51,237 nucleotides of DNA. Origin: Gemmatimonadales bacterium (GTDB taxonomy: Bacteria; Gemmatimonadota; Gemmatimonadetes; Gemmatimonadales; GWC2-71-9). Positions 39,964 through 50,351 of this stretch are shown here, piece by piece. The stretch is taken from positions 1 to 51,237 of the forward strand of contig JBDIWC010000031.1 in the NCBI GenBank assembly GCA_039794085.1, in the 5' to 3' direction. Positions within the stretch are counted from its first letter, which is position 1. Every line of letters begins with the position of its first letter. Position numbers and translations under genes: made by a program. The notes below the pieces were generated by a model. It was not told where the DNA came from and searched no databases. It saw only the letters and a program-made list of their open reading frames with translations.

Positions 39964-40748
39964 GGCAGCGACACCTCCCGGGCCTTCCGGTACATCGCCA
40001 TCGCATCCTCCGTCCGTCCGAGTCGGTCGAGCAAGCGGCCCATCTGTTGCCAGATCCGTGCCTCGAGGGGCGAAAGCACCGACGCCCGATGGAACGCCTG
40101 GAGGGCCTCGGCATGTTGCTCGGCCCGGACCAAGGCCTCCCCCAGGTGGAAATGAACCTCCCCGCGATCGGGCATGAGTTCCACGGCCCGCCGCAAATGG
40201 CCTACCGCCTCGGATCCCCGACCACGCCTCAGGGCGGCAATCCCCATCCGCAGCCGGGCCTCCGGGTGATCCGGATGGCGCGTGAGCACGACACGAAGGT
40301 CCGCCTCCGCCATCTCCGGCCGACTGTCCGCAATGTGCAACGTCGCGCGGGCGATGCGCGCGCCCTGATGGTCAGGGTCCCGTGCCACGATCCGGTCCAG
40401 CTCATCCATCGCCTCGCGGCGGTCGCCGTTCGCCTCGAGACACGCGGCCAGCCGAAGCCGGCAGAGCTGGTCGTCGGGATCGTCCGCGAGCATCGTCCGG
40501 AGGACATGCAGTGCGTCGAGCCGGCGGCCCAGACGCATCAGCTCCTCGGCTCGCTCCAGGGGGCCCGCATCGGCCGTGGGAGTGGTGGAGAGATGGGCCA
40601 CCGGGACGTTGCTCGCCCCGGGGTGCAGCGCCCATCCCTCATCTCCCGACACCTCCAGCAGGTCTCCCTGCAGCGGAAGGGGCATCGAGCCGTCGAGGTC
40701 GGCAGCGGGGCCGAGCCGGGGGGCACGGTCATTGTGGAGGAAACGCAT
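39960..40748 (-). CDS. Tetratricopeptide repeat protein
   Basis: Repeated TPR-like helices (AVELMPDRGEVHFHLGEAL, IWQQMGRLLDRLGRTEDAMAMYRKA). Confidence 0.85.
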   Translation of the reverse strand: MRFLHNDRAPRLGPAADLDGSMPLPLQGDLLEVSGDEGWALHPGASNVPVAHLSTTPTADAGPLERAEELMRLGRRLDALHVLRTMLADDPDDQLCRLRLAACLEANGDRREAMDELDRIVARDPDHQGARIARATLHIADSRPEMAEADLRVVLTRHPDHPEARLRMGIAALRRGRGSEAVGHLRRAVELMPDRGEVHFHLGEALVRAEQHAEALQAFHRASVLSPLEARIWQQMGRLLDRLGRTEDAMAMYRKAREVSLP

Positions 40749-40825
40749 GAGCCGGAAGATAACGCGGCTCCCCCGCAGGGGCCGCCTTGTTTCCCGGACC
40801 GGAATGCCCCTAGCTTTCCAGGCTT

Positions 40826-43672
40826 ATGGAAGAATTCCTGAGGATCCGGGGGGCGCGAGAGCACAACCTCCAGAACATTTCGGTCGACATCCCCCGCAAC
40901 CGGCTCACCGTCATCACCGGGCTCTCGGGATCGGGCAAGTCCTCACTCGCGTTCGACACCATCTATGCAGAGGGCCAGCGGCGCTACGTCGAGTCGCTGA
41001 GCGCCTATGCCCGCCAGTTCCTCGGGCTCATGGAAAAGCCCGATGTGGACGCCATCGAGGGCCTCTCCCCCGCCATCTCCATTGAGCAGAAGACGACGGG
41101 GCACAACCCCCGGTCCACGGTGGGAACCGTCACCGAGATCTACGACTACCTGCGCCTCCTCTGGGCCCGGGTCGGAGTGCCCCACTGCCCCAACGACGGG
41201 AGCCCCGTGCAGCGCCAGAGCCCGGCCCAGATCACCGATACGGTGCTGGCCTGGCCCGCGGAAACCCGGATCGAGGTGCTGGGGCCCGTGGTGCGGGGCC
41301 GGAAGGGGGAGTTCCGGGAGCTGTTCGAGGACATGCGGAAGCGGGGTTTCGTGCGGGTCCGGGTGGACGGGGCCACGGTCGAGCTGGATGCGGTCCCGAA
41401 GTTGAATCGCCGCCAGAACCACGATGTGGCGGTCGTGGTGGACCGGCTGGTGGTCCGGGCCGACGATCGGAGCCGACTGCACGATTCGATCGAGACCGCG
41501 CTGGCGGTGGCCGACGGTGTGGTCGAGGTGGTGCGCCATGGGGAAGGAGAGGGAGAGACCGAGTCGATGCTCTTTTCCGAGCGGTTCGGATGCCCGGTCT
41601 GCGGCCTCTCGCTCCCCGAGTTGGAGCCGCGGCAGTTCTCCTTCAACTCCCCGTTCGGCGTCTGCCCCGACTGCCACGGGCTCGGCACCCGCCGGGAGGT
41701 GAACGATGCCCTCGTCCTGGGCGACGGGCAGATCTCGATCCTGGAGGGGGTCATCCTGCCCTGGGGCGAACCGACCGGATACCTGCGAACCACGATTCTT
41801 CCGGCCCTGGCCAAGCACCTCGGCTTCGACCTGAACGCGCCGTGGGACAAGCTGCCCTACGCGGCCCAGCACGCGATGCTCCACGGCCTCCCGGGCAAGA
41901 CCTTCACGTTCCGGGGTGAAGGTCGCGGACGGGCGGAACATGCCGCCGAATGGGAGGGGGTGGTGCGGCACACCGCGCGTCGCTATCAGGAAACCACCAG
42001 CGACGCGGTGCGCAACACGCTGGCCGAGTTCATGGTGGAGGTTCCCTGTCCCACCTGCGGGGGACGACGGCTGCGGCCCGAAAGCCTGTCGGTCCATGTC
42101 GGGGGGCGAAACATCGGCGAGATCGTGGACCTCCCGGTGGATCAGGCCCGGGCGTTCTTCGATGGGTTGCCGGTGGGGCGCGGTGCCGGCGCCGTGGACG
42201 CCGACATCGCGGCCCCGATCCTGAAGGAGGTGTGCGAGCGGCTTCGCTTCCTCCAGGACGTGGGACTTGAATACCTGACGCTCGGTCGCAGCGCGGGGAG
42301 TCTCTCCGGCGGCGAGGCCCAGCGGATTCGCCTCGCCACGCAGATCGGATCCCGGCTGGTCGGAGTGCTGTACATTCTCGACGAGCCGAGCATCGGCCTC
42401 CACCAGCGGGACAACGCGCGCCTCCTGGCCACTCTGGAGGGGCTCCGCGATCTCGGCAACACGGTGATCGTGGTGGAACACGACGAGGAGACGATCCGGG
42501 CGGCCGATCATGTGATCGACCTGGGACCGCGGGCGGGACGCCACGGGGGGCGCGTCGTGGCTGAGGGGACGCTGGAGCAGATTCTCGCCGTCCCCGAATC
42601 GCTCACCGCGCGCTATCTCCGCGGGGAACTGCGGGTGCGGGTGCCGTCGGTGCGCCGCACTCCCGTCAAGGGGCAACGACTCCGGCTGGTCGGCGCCCGG
42701 GCCAACAATCTCCGGAACATCACGGTGGACTTTCCGCTCGGCGTCTTCACCTGCGTCACCGGGGTGTCGGGGTCGGGCAAGTCCACCCTGGTGACCGACA
42801 TTCTCTATCATGCCCTGGCCCGCCACCTCTACCGGGCCCGCGTGGTCCCCGGCGAGCACACCCGTCTCGAGGGTCTCGAGAAGGTCGACAAGGTGATCGA
42901 GATCGACCAGAGCCCGATCGGCCGGACGCCGCGGTCCAATCCGGCCACCTACACCGGGCTCTTCACCCCGATCCGGGAGCTCTTCACCCAGCTGCCCGAG
43001 GCCAAGCTCCGGGGATACGGGCCGGGGCGCTTCTCCTTCAACGTCAAGGGCGGGCGCTGTGAGGCATGTCAGGGAGACGGGCTCGTCAAGATCGAGATGC
43101 ACTTTCTTCCCGACGTCTACGTGCCGTGCGAGGTATGCAAGGGGAGACGGTACAACCGTGAAACCCTCGAGGTCCGCTACAAGGGCAAGTCGATCGCCGA
43201 CGTCCTCGGCCTCACCGTGGCCGATGCGCTGGATTTCTTCCGCGCCCAGCGGCGCATCGCCGAGCGGCTCGAACTCCTCAACGACGTGGGGTTGGGCTAT
43301 CTCCATCTGGGCCAGGCGGCCACCACCCTGTCGGGCGGGGAGGCCCAGCGGGTCAAGCTCGCCACCGAACTCGCCAAGCGGGACACCGGACGGACCCTGT
43401 ACATCCTCGACGAGCCGACCACGGGCCTCCACTTCGAGGACGTGCGGCTCCTTCTGGAAGTGCTCCACCGCCTGGTGGACAAGGGGAACACCGTGCTGGT
43501 GATCGAACACAATCTTGACGTGATCAAGACCGCCGACTGGATCATCGACATGGGGCCGGAGGGAGGGGCGCGCGGGGGGGAGATCGTGGTGTCGGGAGCG
43601 CCGGAGGCGGTGGCGGGGTGCGAGGCGAGCCATACCGGGCGGTTCCTGGCGCGGGTGCTTCCCGGGGCGTGA
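40826..43672 (+). CDS. uvrA: Excinuclease ABC subunit A
   Basis: [44 protein letters not shown], second Walker [10 protein letters not shown], zinc fingers. Confidence 0.98.
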   Translation: MEEFLRIRGAREHNLQNISVDIPRNRLTVITGLSGSGKSSLAFDTIYAEGQRRYVESLSAYARQFLGLMEKPDVDAIEGLSPAISIEQKTTGHNPRSTVGTVTEIYDYLRLLWARVGVPHCPNDGSPVQRQSPAQITDTVLAWPAETRIEVLGPVVRGRKGEFRELFEDMRKRGFVRVRVDGATVELDAVPKLNRRQNHDVAVVVDRLVVRADDRSRLHDSIETALAVADGVVEVVRHGEGEGETESMLFSERFGCPVCGLSLPELEPRQFSFNSPFGVCPDCHGLGTRREVNDALVLGDGQISILEGVILPWGEPTGYLRTTILPALAKHLGFDLNAPWDKLPYAAQHAMLHGLPGKTFTFRGEGRGRAEHAAEWEGVVRHTARRYQETTSDAVRNTLAEFMVEVPCPTCGGRRLRPESLSVHVGGRNIGEIVDLPVDQARAFFDGLPVGRGAGAVDADIAAPILKEVCERLRFLQDVGLEYLTLGRSAGSLSGGEAQRIRLATQIGSRLVGVLYILDEPSIGLHQRDNARLLATLEGLRDLGNTVIVVEHDEETIRAADHVIDLGPRAGRHGGRVVAEGTLEQILAVPESLTARYLRGELRVRVPSVRRTPVKGQRLRLVGARANNLRNITVDFPLGVFTCVTGVSGSGKSTLVTDILYHALARHLYRARVVPGEHTRLEGLEKVDKVIEIDQSPIGRTPRSNPATYTGLFTPIRELFTQLPEAKLRGYGPGRFSFNVKGGRCEACQGDGLVKIEMHFLPDVYVPCEVCKGRRYNRETLEVRYKGKSIADVLGLTVADALDFFRAQRRIAERLELLNDVGLGYLHLGQAATTLSGGEAQRVKLATELAKRDTGRTLYILDEPTTGLHFEDVRLLLEVLHRLVDKGNTVLVIEHNLDVIKTADWIIDMGPEGGARGGEIVVSGAPEAVAGCEASHTGRFLARVLPGA

Positions 43673-43680
43673 GGGCACCT

Positions 43681-43995
43681 CGGAGCGTCACCCCGGCGCA
43701 GGCCGGGGTCCATGGTTGAGCGAACAGGGATTTCTCACGCGAAGACGCGAAGACGCGAAGGCAAGAAGGAAAGCGGGGCAGGGGCGCACATCGGGGCGTC
43801 ACCCCGGCGCACGCCGGGGTCCATTGCCGTGTGAGGTGTGACGTAGGGGCGGAATACCTTTGCGCCCGTGACGGTGAATGGATCAAACGAAGACACGAAG
43901 ACACGAAGGAGAGCGCGATCTCGATCGTTCCCCGGAGTGTCATCCCGTGCCTGCGAGGGGATCTGAGAACGCCGCGGGCGTACTTCCCGTCGTCC
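43681..43995. repeat. Mosaic of REP-like hairpins and 8-nt tandem units (copy A)
   Basis: GTCACCCCGGCGCA(G/C)GCCGGGGTCCA at 43687 and 43798; ACGCGAAG and ACACGAAG tandems; GTCATCCCG...GGGATCT at 43939. Confidence 0.85.
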
Positions 43996-44130
43996 GGACA
44001 CCAGTACCGGACCTTGCATCCTACAACGCTCCTCCCCCGGGACCCTGCACGAGCATGCAGGGGCACATCGCAACGGCACAGCCCCACGGGGCTGCGACGG
44101 CTCCCGCTCATCAAGACGCGTTCCGCCACT

Positions 44131-44148
44131 TTGTGAAATATTTCACAA
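44131..44148. promoter_or_regulatory. Perfect palindrome TTGTGAAATATTTCACAA (Rex-operator-like)
   Basis: Matches TTGTGAA-N4-TTCACAA; degenerate copy at 49848-49865. Confidence 0.55.
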
Positions 44149-44396
44149 GCTACCCACCCGATCTCCTGTTTGATCGTCGTCCCCGCGTGCGTGGGAAACA
44201 GGAGCCAAGTCCGGGGGCACCTGCCCATGGCTCTTGGGCGCTACCGCAAGTGCATGCCGCACAGTGTGTTAAGAGATAGTTCAAGGTTCGATCCCATCTT
44301 TCTGTCGTGCCACTCCGGAGAGATGATGCTGTCAGAGCCCTCCGGGGGACGGCGGACGCGCAAGTCCAGGATGGACCGATCCGGAGAGGGAGAATC

Positions 44397-44855
44397 ATGC
44401 CCGCATGCTGGGATCAGGTGGTACAGGCGGTTCAAAACCTGTGGCCAATGCTCACGGAGTGCCGGTTGGGGTTCTCGCGGGCGGCCGCGGCACGGATCCT
44501 GGGGTGTGCTTCAGGTCAGGCACTCGATCGTGACTTCAGGGAGCGCCGCCTGCCGCCGTTCCGGGTTCTGCGGGACTGGATCTACCTGGTGCTCCTCCTG
44601 GAGCAGGATGCGAAGGGAATCTCCTTGTCGGGGTGGGTGAAGCAGCAAAATGGGAATCGGTCGATGTATTATCGCTTTGTGCGCGACCTGACGGGACGTA
44701 CCTGGGGGGAGGTCAAGAAACTCGGCGTGGCGTGGGCTCGGGCGGAAGCATGCCGCCATTGGGGCCCATATCTTGCCCCTCCCTCCCTCCCTCCCTCCCT
44801 CCCTCCCTCCCTCCCTCCTGACCCTCTGGGAGAATATGACTCCACCAAGTCATAA
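44397..44855 (+). CDS. AraC-like helix-turn-helix protein (DNA-binding domain only)
   Basis: GGAG-rich RBS; AAAARILGCASGQALDRDF and MYYRFVRDLTGRTWGEV resemble the two AraC HTHs. Confidence 0.55.
   Translation: MPACWDQVVQAVQNLWPMLTECRLGFSRAAAARILGCASGQALDRDFRERRLPPFRVLRDWIYLVLLLEQDAKGISLSGWVKQQNGNRSMYYRFVRDLTGRTWGEVKKLGVAWARAEACRHWGPYLAPPSLPPSLPPSLPPDPLGEYDSTKS
44777..44816. repeat. (CCCT)10 simple sequence repeat
   Basis: Read directly; lies inside the 3' end of the regulator ORF. Confidence 0.95.
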
Positions 44856-44972
44856 CACTTCTCCGGGCAATTACCGATCTTGGGGTACCTTGATTGACAA
44901 GGCGGGCACAATCGGGAACTTGGCGACGAGTGCTCTGAGTGCCGCATCATTCTCGTGGAAAGGAGTCCTCGC

Positions 44973-45173
44973 ATGACAAGAACACGCTTCATTCGGTCCG
45001 TTGCCTTGGCACTTCTCGTCATCCCCGCCACCGTGGTCCTCGCTCCGGCCCAGATCGTGATCGATCCCGATGCGCCCTACACCGCATGGCGCGACCTTGG
45101 AGGATGGTGTGTGTCGGAATGTCCGAGGGACTGTCCCTGTACTATCCTGCCAGAAATAATCGTGCCGGGCTAG
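44973..45173 (+). CDS. Small secreted Cys-rich peptide A
   Basis: AAGGAG RBS; signal ending APA-Q; WRDLGGWCVSECPRDCPC. Confidence 0.75.
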   Translation: MTRTRFIRSVALALLVIPATVVLAPAQIVIDPDAPYTAWRDLGGWCVSECPRDCPCTILPEIIVPG

Positions 45174-45180
45174 TCTCGTG

Positions 45181-45669
45181 ATGAGGACGCCACTGCGTGG
45201 GTGCCAGGTGAGTGTGATAGCCTCGTTGCTGGTACTCACCGCATGCGGCAGGGAGGGCGGGGATGGGTGGAGAGGGCTGAAACCCGAGAGCCCGTTGGTG
45301 GATGGGAGAACCGTAGCGGATCTGATTCAGGGCGATGACTCGGTCCTGCTCGTAGTCTTCCGGCCGGAGGACTGTTTCGTGTGCAGCAGCACCTTGTATG
45401 AGGCCGTTCAACGCAGGCAGGTTGATTCGACGAGGATGCGATTCCTCCTCACGGAAGCTCCCTCACTGGAGCAGCAACGCATGCTGGCGAGGTTCAGGAT
45501 CCGCTGGGATGGGGCGTTGAAGGGGTGGGGAGAGAGGAACCATGAGTCACAGCCAGGGCCATGGGTTATAACGGTGATCAACGGGCGCACGATGCTTCCA
45601 CGGCGCTCGCTAGGCCGTCTCAACACTGGTTCCGGTGGGCCGGTAACCAGGTCCGACACGACAGGGTAG
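45181..45669 (+). CDS. Thioredoxin-fold-like lipoprotein (CxxC)
   Basis: Lipobox LTAC; LLVVFRPEDCFVC. Confidence 0.65.
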   Translation: MRTPLRGCQVSVIASLLVLTACGREGGDGWRGLKPESPLVDGRTVADLIQGDDSVLLVVFRPEDCFVCSSTLYEAVQRRQVDSTRMRFLLTEAPSLEQQRMLARFRIRWDGALKGWGERNHESQPGPWVITVINGRTMLPRRSLGRLNTGSGGPVTRSDTTG

Positions 45670-45720
45670 GGCATTGTTGACTCAGCGACATGTCATCAAC
45701 CTCAACGAGGGGCATCTCCA

Positions 45721-45903
45721 ATGAAAGCAAGAACTATCCTCGGGCTCGCCACCATCGCCCTCCTCACCCTGCCTGGCACGAGAGCCAATGGATCGCCACC
45801 CCCTGTCCCGCGCTGGATCGACTACTTCGGGGCGTGTGTCAGTGTGTGCCAGACCGACGAGGGTTACTGCCCGTGTCTCGATTTCGGCTACAAGCTCGTG
45901 TAG
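45721..45903 (+). CDS. Small secreted Cys-rich peptide B
   Basis: GAGG RBS; signal peptide; WIDYFGACVSVCQTDEGYCPC. Confidence 0.75.
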   Translation: MKARTILGLATIALLTLPGTRANGSPPPVPRWIDYFGACVSVCQTDEGYCPCLDFGYKLV

Positions 45904-45983
45904 TGCACAGACAGCATCCGGTGAAACGATGCGAGTGTGAGGGTGCCGGGCTTGGTCGTTGTGCATGCGAGAAAACGGTGAGG

Positions 45984-47105
45984 GTGAGCCTATACGAGTA
46001 CCGTCGCCGGGTGGCGCTGCATGTCCTTGTGACTGCGCTCGCGGCTCTGGCAGGATGTGCGGGCCACGGCCGGGAGGACAGGGGTGTACCCGGACCTGAA
46101 CTGACACCTGTGTATACGGTGGCGCTGCAGGAGACCGACTCGCTCTTCCTCGCGGATCCGAGAGTGATGGCCCTCGATTCCCGTGGGCGGCTCTATGTGG
46201 GTGATGCGTTTCACCGGCGGGTCGTCCGGTTCAGCCGCTCGGGGGCACTCGACCGGGTCTTCGGGCGGCATGGCCGGGGGCCGGGAGAGTTCGTGGCACC
46301 TGCCACCATCTTTTTCCCTGACGATACGACCGTTGCCATCGGCGACGCCAATCTGTTCCGGATCGCCTTGTTTCACTCCGAGACCGGGGACGTGCTGCGT
46401 ACCGTGCCGATGTCCGGACATGTGCGGACCGCACAGGTGGCAATGGGTCAGGTATGGCTTGGTGCCCTGAACGTGACGGATGGACGTGCAGTGACGCGTT
46501 GGGACTATCGCCGGGACACTGCTGTGCGCTTGGTGGCACTCCCGGACTTCATGAGGGACGGAACCCCGGTGGCGGGCATCTTTACGGGGGTCAGTACGAC
46601 CCCTCTCAAGGACGGAACGCTGCTCGTCGGGATCCAGGCGCTCCCAGGACTCCTCCACATCACGCTGGAAGGCGATGTACTGGACACAGTGGACCTGCCC
46701 ACCGTGCGCAGGCGCGGGGTTCCGGAAGACCTCGCACGCCGGCTGGAGCAGAGCGGCTCGTTCGAAGAGATGTTCCGGATGGCCAGCGCCCTGTTTGATC
46801 TTGAAGCCCGTTCCGATGGCTCCGTCGTGCTTGTGCATTACGATCAGGAATTCAGGAACAACGCGATTTCTGCTCAGCCGTATGTCTCAGTGCTGTCCGC
46901 CGATCGCTCCCGGCTGTGCGCCGATGCGCCGATCCCTTCGAGTGGAGAGATGCGCCCGGTGACCGCGTTTGCCGGGGACACCCTGGTCGTACTGGATCAA
47001 GCGGTTGTGGGAGAGGGCCGGCTTGTGACCACCGTGACTGGGTATCTCCTCGGTACCGAGCGCTGCGACTGGCTTTCCACCGAATCAGCAGCGAGGGATG
47101 GATGA
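45984..47105 (+). CDS. 6-bladed beta-propeller (NHL-like) lipoprotein; start uncertain (45978-46011)
   Basis: Lipobox LAGC; ALDSRGRLYVGD, FGRHGRGPGEFVAP NHL-type motifs. Confidence 0.8.
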   Translation: MSLYEYRRRVALHVLVTALAALAGCAGHGREDRGVPGPELTPVYTVALQETDSLFLADPRVMALDSRGRLYVGDAFHRRVVRFSRSGALDRVFGRHGRGPGEFVAPATIFFPDDTTVAIGDANLFRIALFHSETGDVLRTVPMSGHVRTAQVAMGQVWLGALNVTDGRAVTRWDYRRDTAVRLVALPDFMRDGTPVAGIFTGVSTTPLKDGTLLVGIQALPGLLHITLEGDVLDTVDLPTVRRRGVPEDLARRLEQSGSFEEMFRMASALFDLEARSDGSVVLVHYDQEFRNNAISAQPYVSVLSADRSRLCADAPIPSSGEMRPVTAFAGDTLVVLDQAVVGEGRLVTTVTGYLLGTERCDWLSTESAARDG

Positions 47106-47539
47106 TGAACCCCCGGGTGTTGCTCCTCCTCATCTCCGTCCCCCCATCTGTGCCCGATCCGACGGAGCGACTCACGCCGGTGCTGATGGCGACCCAGGCA
47201 ACCCAGGAACCGATGGACACGGCGGGGACGCTGAAATACCTGGCCTGCCGCCTCCTCGACGTCGTGCCGTCAGATTTCCACATGCCTCCACTCGCGGGAG
47301 CAGCCGTGTTTCTGGACGACAGGTTCTTTGGCGATTTGCCCGATCCCCACAAGGCCTGCCCGGCGGCAAAGCCCTCCGGAGTCGCGCTGCTGGTGCAGTC
47401 CTATCTCCGTCCGGAGGCTTCGGCACGATACGGAGTGCACGGGCGGAAGGGGGTAATTCGGGTGCAGAGGCTCCGCAACGAATCCGTGGACTCCACACCC
47501 CCGCAGACTGGAGTCCCTTCCAAGAAACCAGGCCGCTAA
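47102..47539 (+). CDS. Hypothetical protein with TonB-plug-like C-terminal motif
   Basis: ATGA overlap with the propeller gene; ASARYGVHGRKGVIRV resembles the A.YG..G..GVI plug motif. Confidence 0.5.
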   Translation: MMNPRVLLLLISVPPSVPDPTERLTPVLMATQATQEPMDTAGTLKYLACRLLDVVPSDFHMPPLAGAAVFLDDRFFGDLPDPHKACPAAKPSGVALLVQSYLRPEASARYGVHGRKGVIRVQRLRNESVDSTPPQTGVPSKKPGR

Positions 47540-48836
47540 GGGCCTGTGACATAATAACTGATTGCTCTCGGAATCGAGGGCGTGTAGATTGGTGGTATGG
47601 ACGTGGCCACGGTTCGCCGGAAGTACCGCGCGCTCTCGGGCACGCTGACCGAACGGTCGCGGCGCTTGTGGGCGGCGACGGAAGCGCGGGAACTCGGCCA
47701 CGGTGGGATCGCGGTGGTCGAACGCGCGACGGGGATCTCCCGCTCGACGATTACGCGGGGCCTCCGCGAGATCGCGTCGGGGACCAGCGACGCCCTGCCT
47801 CCCGCGCGGGCGCGCCGCCCCGGCGCGGGGCGGAAGCAGGTGATCGAGAAGGACCCGACGCTCCTCGACCATCTCGATGCCTTGATCGCTCCCGTGACGC
47901 GGGGGGACCCGGAAACGCCGCTGCGGTGGACGGCGAAGAGCGTCCGCCACCTGGAAGCAGAACTCCAGGCGCGCGGGCACGCGGTGAGCTACCGGACGAT
48001 CGCCCGGGTCCTCACCGAGGCGGGATTCAGCTTGCAGGCCAATCGCAAGACACGCGAAGGCGAGCAGCACGTCGACCGGGACGCGCAGTTCCGCTACATC
48101 GATCGGCTGGTGCGGGCCCAGCTGCGCCGGGGAGCGCCCGCCGTCTCGGTGGATACGAAGAAGAAGGAACTGGTCGGGAACTTCAAGAATCCCGGGCGGG
48201 AATGGAGACCGCAGGGAGAGCCCGAGCACGTCCGGGTCCACGACTTCCTCGTGCCGGATCAAGGCAAGGCGATCCCCTACGGGGTCTACGACCTGAGCCG
48301 CGATGAAGGGTGGGTCAGTGTGGGCATCGATCATGACACCGCCAGCTTCGCCGTGAATACGCTGCGGCAGTGGTGGAAGGTCATGGGCCGATCCGCCTAT
48401 CCCCGGACCGACTCGCTTCTGGTCACCGCCGATGCCGGGGGAAGCAATGGGTCCCGCGTGCACCTCTGGAAATGGGAGTTGCAGCGGTTCGCGAATCGCA
48501 CAGGCCTGTCGATTACGGTCTGCCACTTCCCGCCGGGAACCAGCAAGTGGAACAAGATCGAGCACCGGCTCTTCTCGTATATCGCCATGAACTGGCGCGG
48601 CCAGCCGCTCGTGAACCTCGCCACCATTGTGAGCCTCATCGGATCCACCCAGACTTCGTCCGGCCTCCGGATCCGCTCCGAGATCGATCACGGGTCGTAT
48701 CCGCTCGGGGTCAAGGTCAGCGACGAGCAGATGGCCAGGGTCCGGCTGGAACCCCACCGATTCCATGGGGATTGGAACTACACGATCCGCCCGGGACGTC
48801 CCCGTCGATAAGGGTCAGTTATTATGTCACATGCCC
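47540..48836 (+). mobile_element. ISAzo13-family insertion sequence (1297 bp)
   Basis: 22-bp terminal inverted repeats GGGC(C/A)TGTGACATAATAACTGA with 1 mismatch; TAA direct repeats at 47537-47539 and 48837-48839. Confidence 0.92.
47597..48811 (+). CDS. ISAzo13-family DDE transposase
   Basis: ERSRRLWAATEA, SVDTKKKELVGNFKN, TADAGGSNG, HFPPGTSKWNKIEHRLFS, HGDWNYTI. Confidence 0.95.
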   Translation: MDVATVRRKYRALSGTLTERSRRLWAATEARELGHGGIAVVERATGISRSTITRGLREIASGTSDALPPARARRPGAGRKQVIEKDPTLLDHLDALIAPVTRGDPETPLRWTAKSVRHLEAELQARGHAVSYRTIARVLTEAGFSLQANRKTREGEQHVDRDAQFRYIDRLVRAQLRRGAPAVSVDTKKKELVGNFKNPGREWRPQGEPEHVRVHDFLVPDQGKAIPYGVYDLSRDEGWVSVGIDHDTASFAVNTLRQWWKVMGRSAYPRTDSLLVTADAGGSNGSRVHLWKWELQRFANRTGLSITVCHFPPGTSKWNKIEHRLFSYIAMNWRGQPLVNLATIVSLIGSTQTSSGLRIRSEIDHGSYPLGVKVSDEQMARVRLEPHRFHGDWNYTIRPGRPRR

Positions 48837-48870
48837 TAACTTACCCACTCGATCAGGGGAAGAGCCCCTT

Positions 48871-49730
48871 TTTGCGCCCGTGACGGTGAATGGATCACAC
48901 GAAGACACGAAGACACGAAGGAGAGCGCGATCTCGATCGTTCCCCGGAGTGTCATCCCGTGCCTGCGAGGGGATCTGAGAACGCCGCGGGTGTACTTCCC
49001 GTTGGTTGCGTGCACGGGACAGGAACGTAACGCAAAGGCCCATGGAGTCGAAGCAGGGATCACAGCCCTTGAAGATGTCGGTAGGGCTCACGCGAAGACG
49101 CGAAGGCGCGAAGGCGCGAAGGAAATCGGGGCACGGGGCGCACATCGGAGCGTCACCCCGGCGCACGCCGGGGTCCATGGGGGGTGTGAAGGAGTATCGT
49201 TCACCTTTCACACTTCAAACTTCGAACTTCGAACTTCGAACTTCCCAGGGGTCACGCGAAGACGCGAAGACGCGAAGGAAATCGGGATGTCGGGTCTGCA
49301 TCGGAGCGTCACTCCGGCACGCCGGGGTCCATGGTTGGGCGAACCGGGATGTGTCACGCGAAGATGCGAAGGCGCGAAGGAAATCGGGGTACGGAGCGCC
49401 CAACGGAGCGTCACCCCGGCGCACGCCGGGGTCCATGGGGGGTGTGAAGGAGTATCGTTCACCTTTCACACTTCAAACTTCGAACTTCGAACTTCGAACT
49501 TCCCAGGGGTCACGCGAAGACGCGAAGACGCGAAGGAAATCGGGATGTCGGGTCTGCATCGGAGCGTCACTCCGGCACGCCGGGGTCCATGGTTGGGCGA
49601 ACCGGGATGTGTCACGCGAAGATGCGAAGGCAAGAAGGAAAGCGGCGCATGGGGCCCACATCGGAGCGTCATCCCGAGCGGAAGCGAGGGATCTGAGAAC
49701 GCCGCTGGTGTACTTCCCGTCGTCCGGACT
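48871..49730. repeat. Mosaic repeat region (copy B) with an internal tandem duplication of 258-bp period
   Basis: 48871-49002 repeats 43859-43990; 49146-49373 matches 49404-49631; REP hairpins, ACGCGAAG and TTCGAAC tandems. Confidence 0.9.
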
Positions 49731-50117
49731 CCAGTGGCAGGACGTTCCTTCCAAGGAATCGCTGATCACACCCCATGTCCGCGAAAGCGGGGTGCGTTGG
49801 AGGTGGGTTAGGAGGAGGGTTCTCTCCGCGAGTCGCATCACCCTACTTTGTAAAATCTTTCACAAGCGACCTTCCCAAGTCCCTGCTTAAATAATCGTCG
49901 TCCCCGCGTGCGTGGGAACCACGAGCCAAGTCCGGGGGCACCTGCCCATGGCTCTTGGGCGCTACCGCAAGTGCATGCCGCACAGTGTGTTAAGAGATAG
50001 TTCAAGGTTCGATCCCATCTTTCTGTCGTGCCACTCCGGAGAGATGATGCTGTCAGAGCCCTCCGGGGGACGGCGGACGCGCAAGTCCAGGATGGACCGA
50101 TCCGGAGAGGGAGAATC

Positions 50118-50351
50118 ATGCCCGCATGCTGGGATCAGGTGGTACAGGCGGTTCAAAACCTGTGGCCAATGTTCGCGGAGTGCCGATTGGGGTTCTCCCG
50201 GGCAGCCGCTGCACGGATCCTGGGGTTTTCCTCCGGTTCGGCTCTCGATCGTGACTTCAGGGAGCGCCGTCTGCCGCCGTTCCGGGTTCTGCGGGACTGG
50301 ATCTACCTGGTGCTCCTGCTGGAGCAGGAAGACTCTGCACGTAGGTTATGA
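50118..50351 (+). pseudogene. Truncated duplicate of the AraC-like regulator
   Basis: Near-identical to 44397-44608 up to LLLEQ, then unrelated sequence and an early stop. Confidence 0.7.

Noticed and set aside
44894..44922. Sigma70 promoter from TTGACA at 44894
   Set aside because: No convincing -10 element at 16-18 bp.
48990..49890. CRISPR array or protein-coding ORFs in the repeat region
   Set aside because: Spacers are themselves repeated and irregular, no cas genes are present, and the ORFs are translations of repeats.
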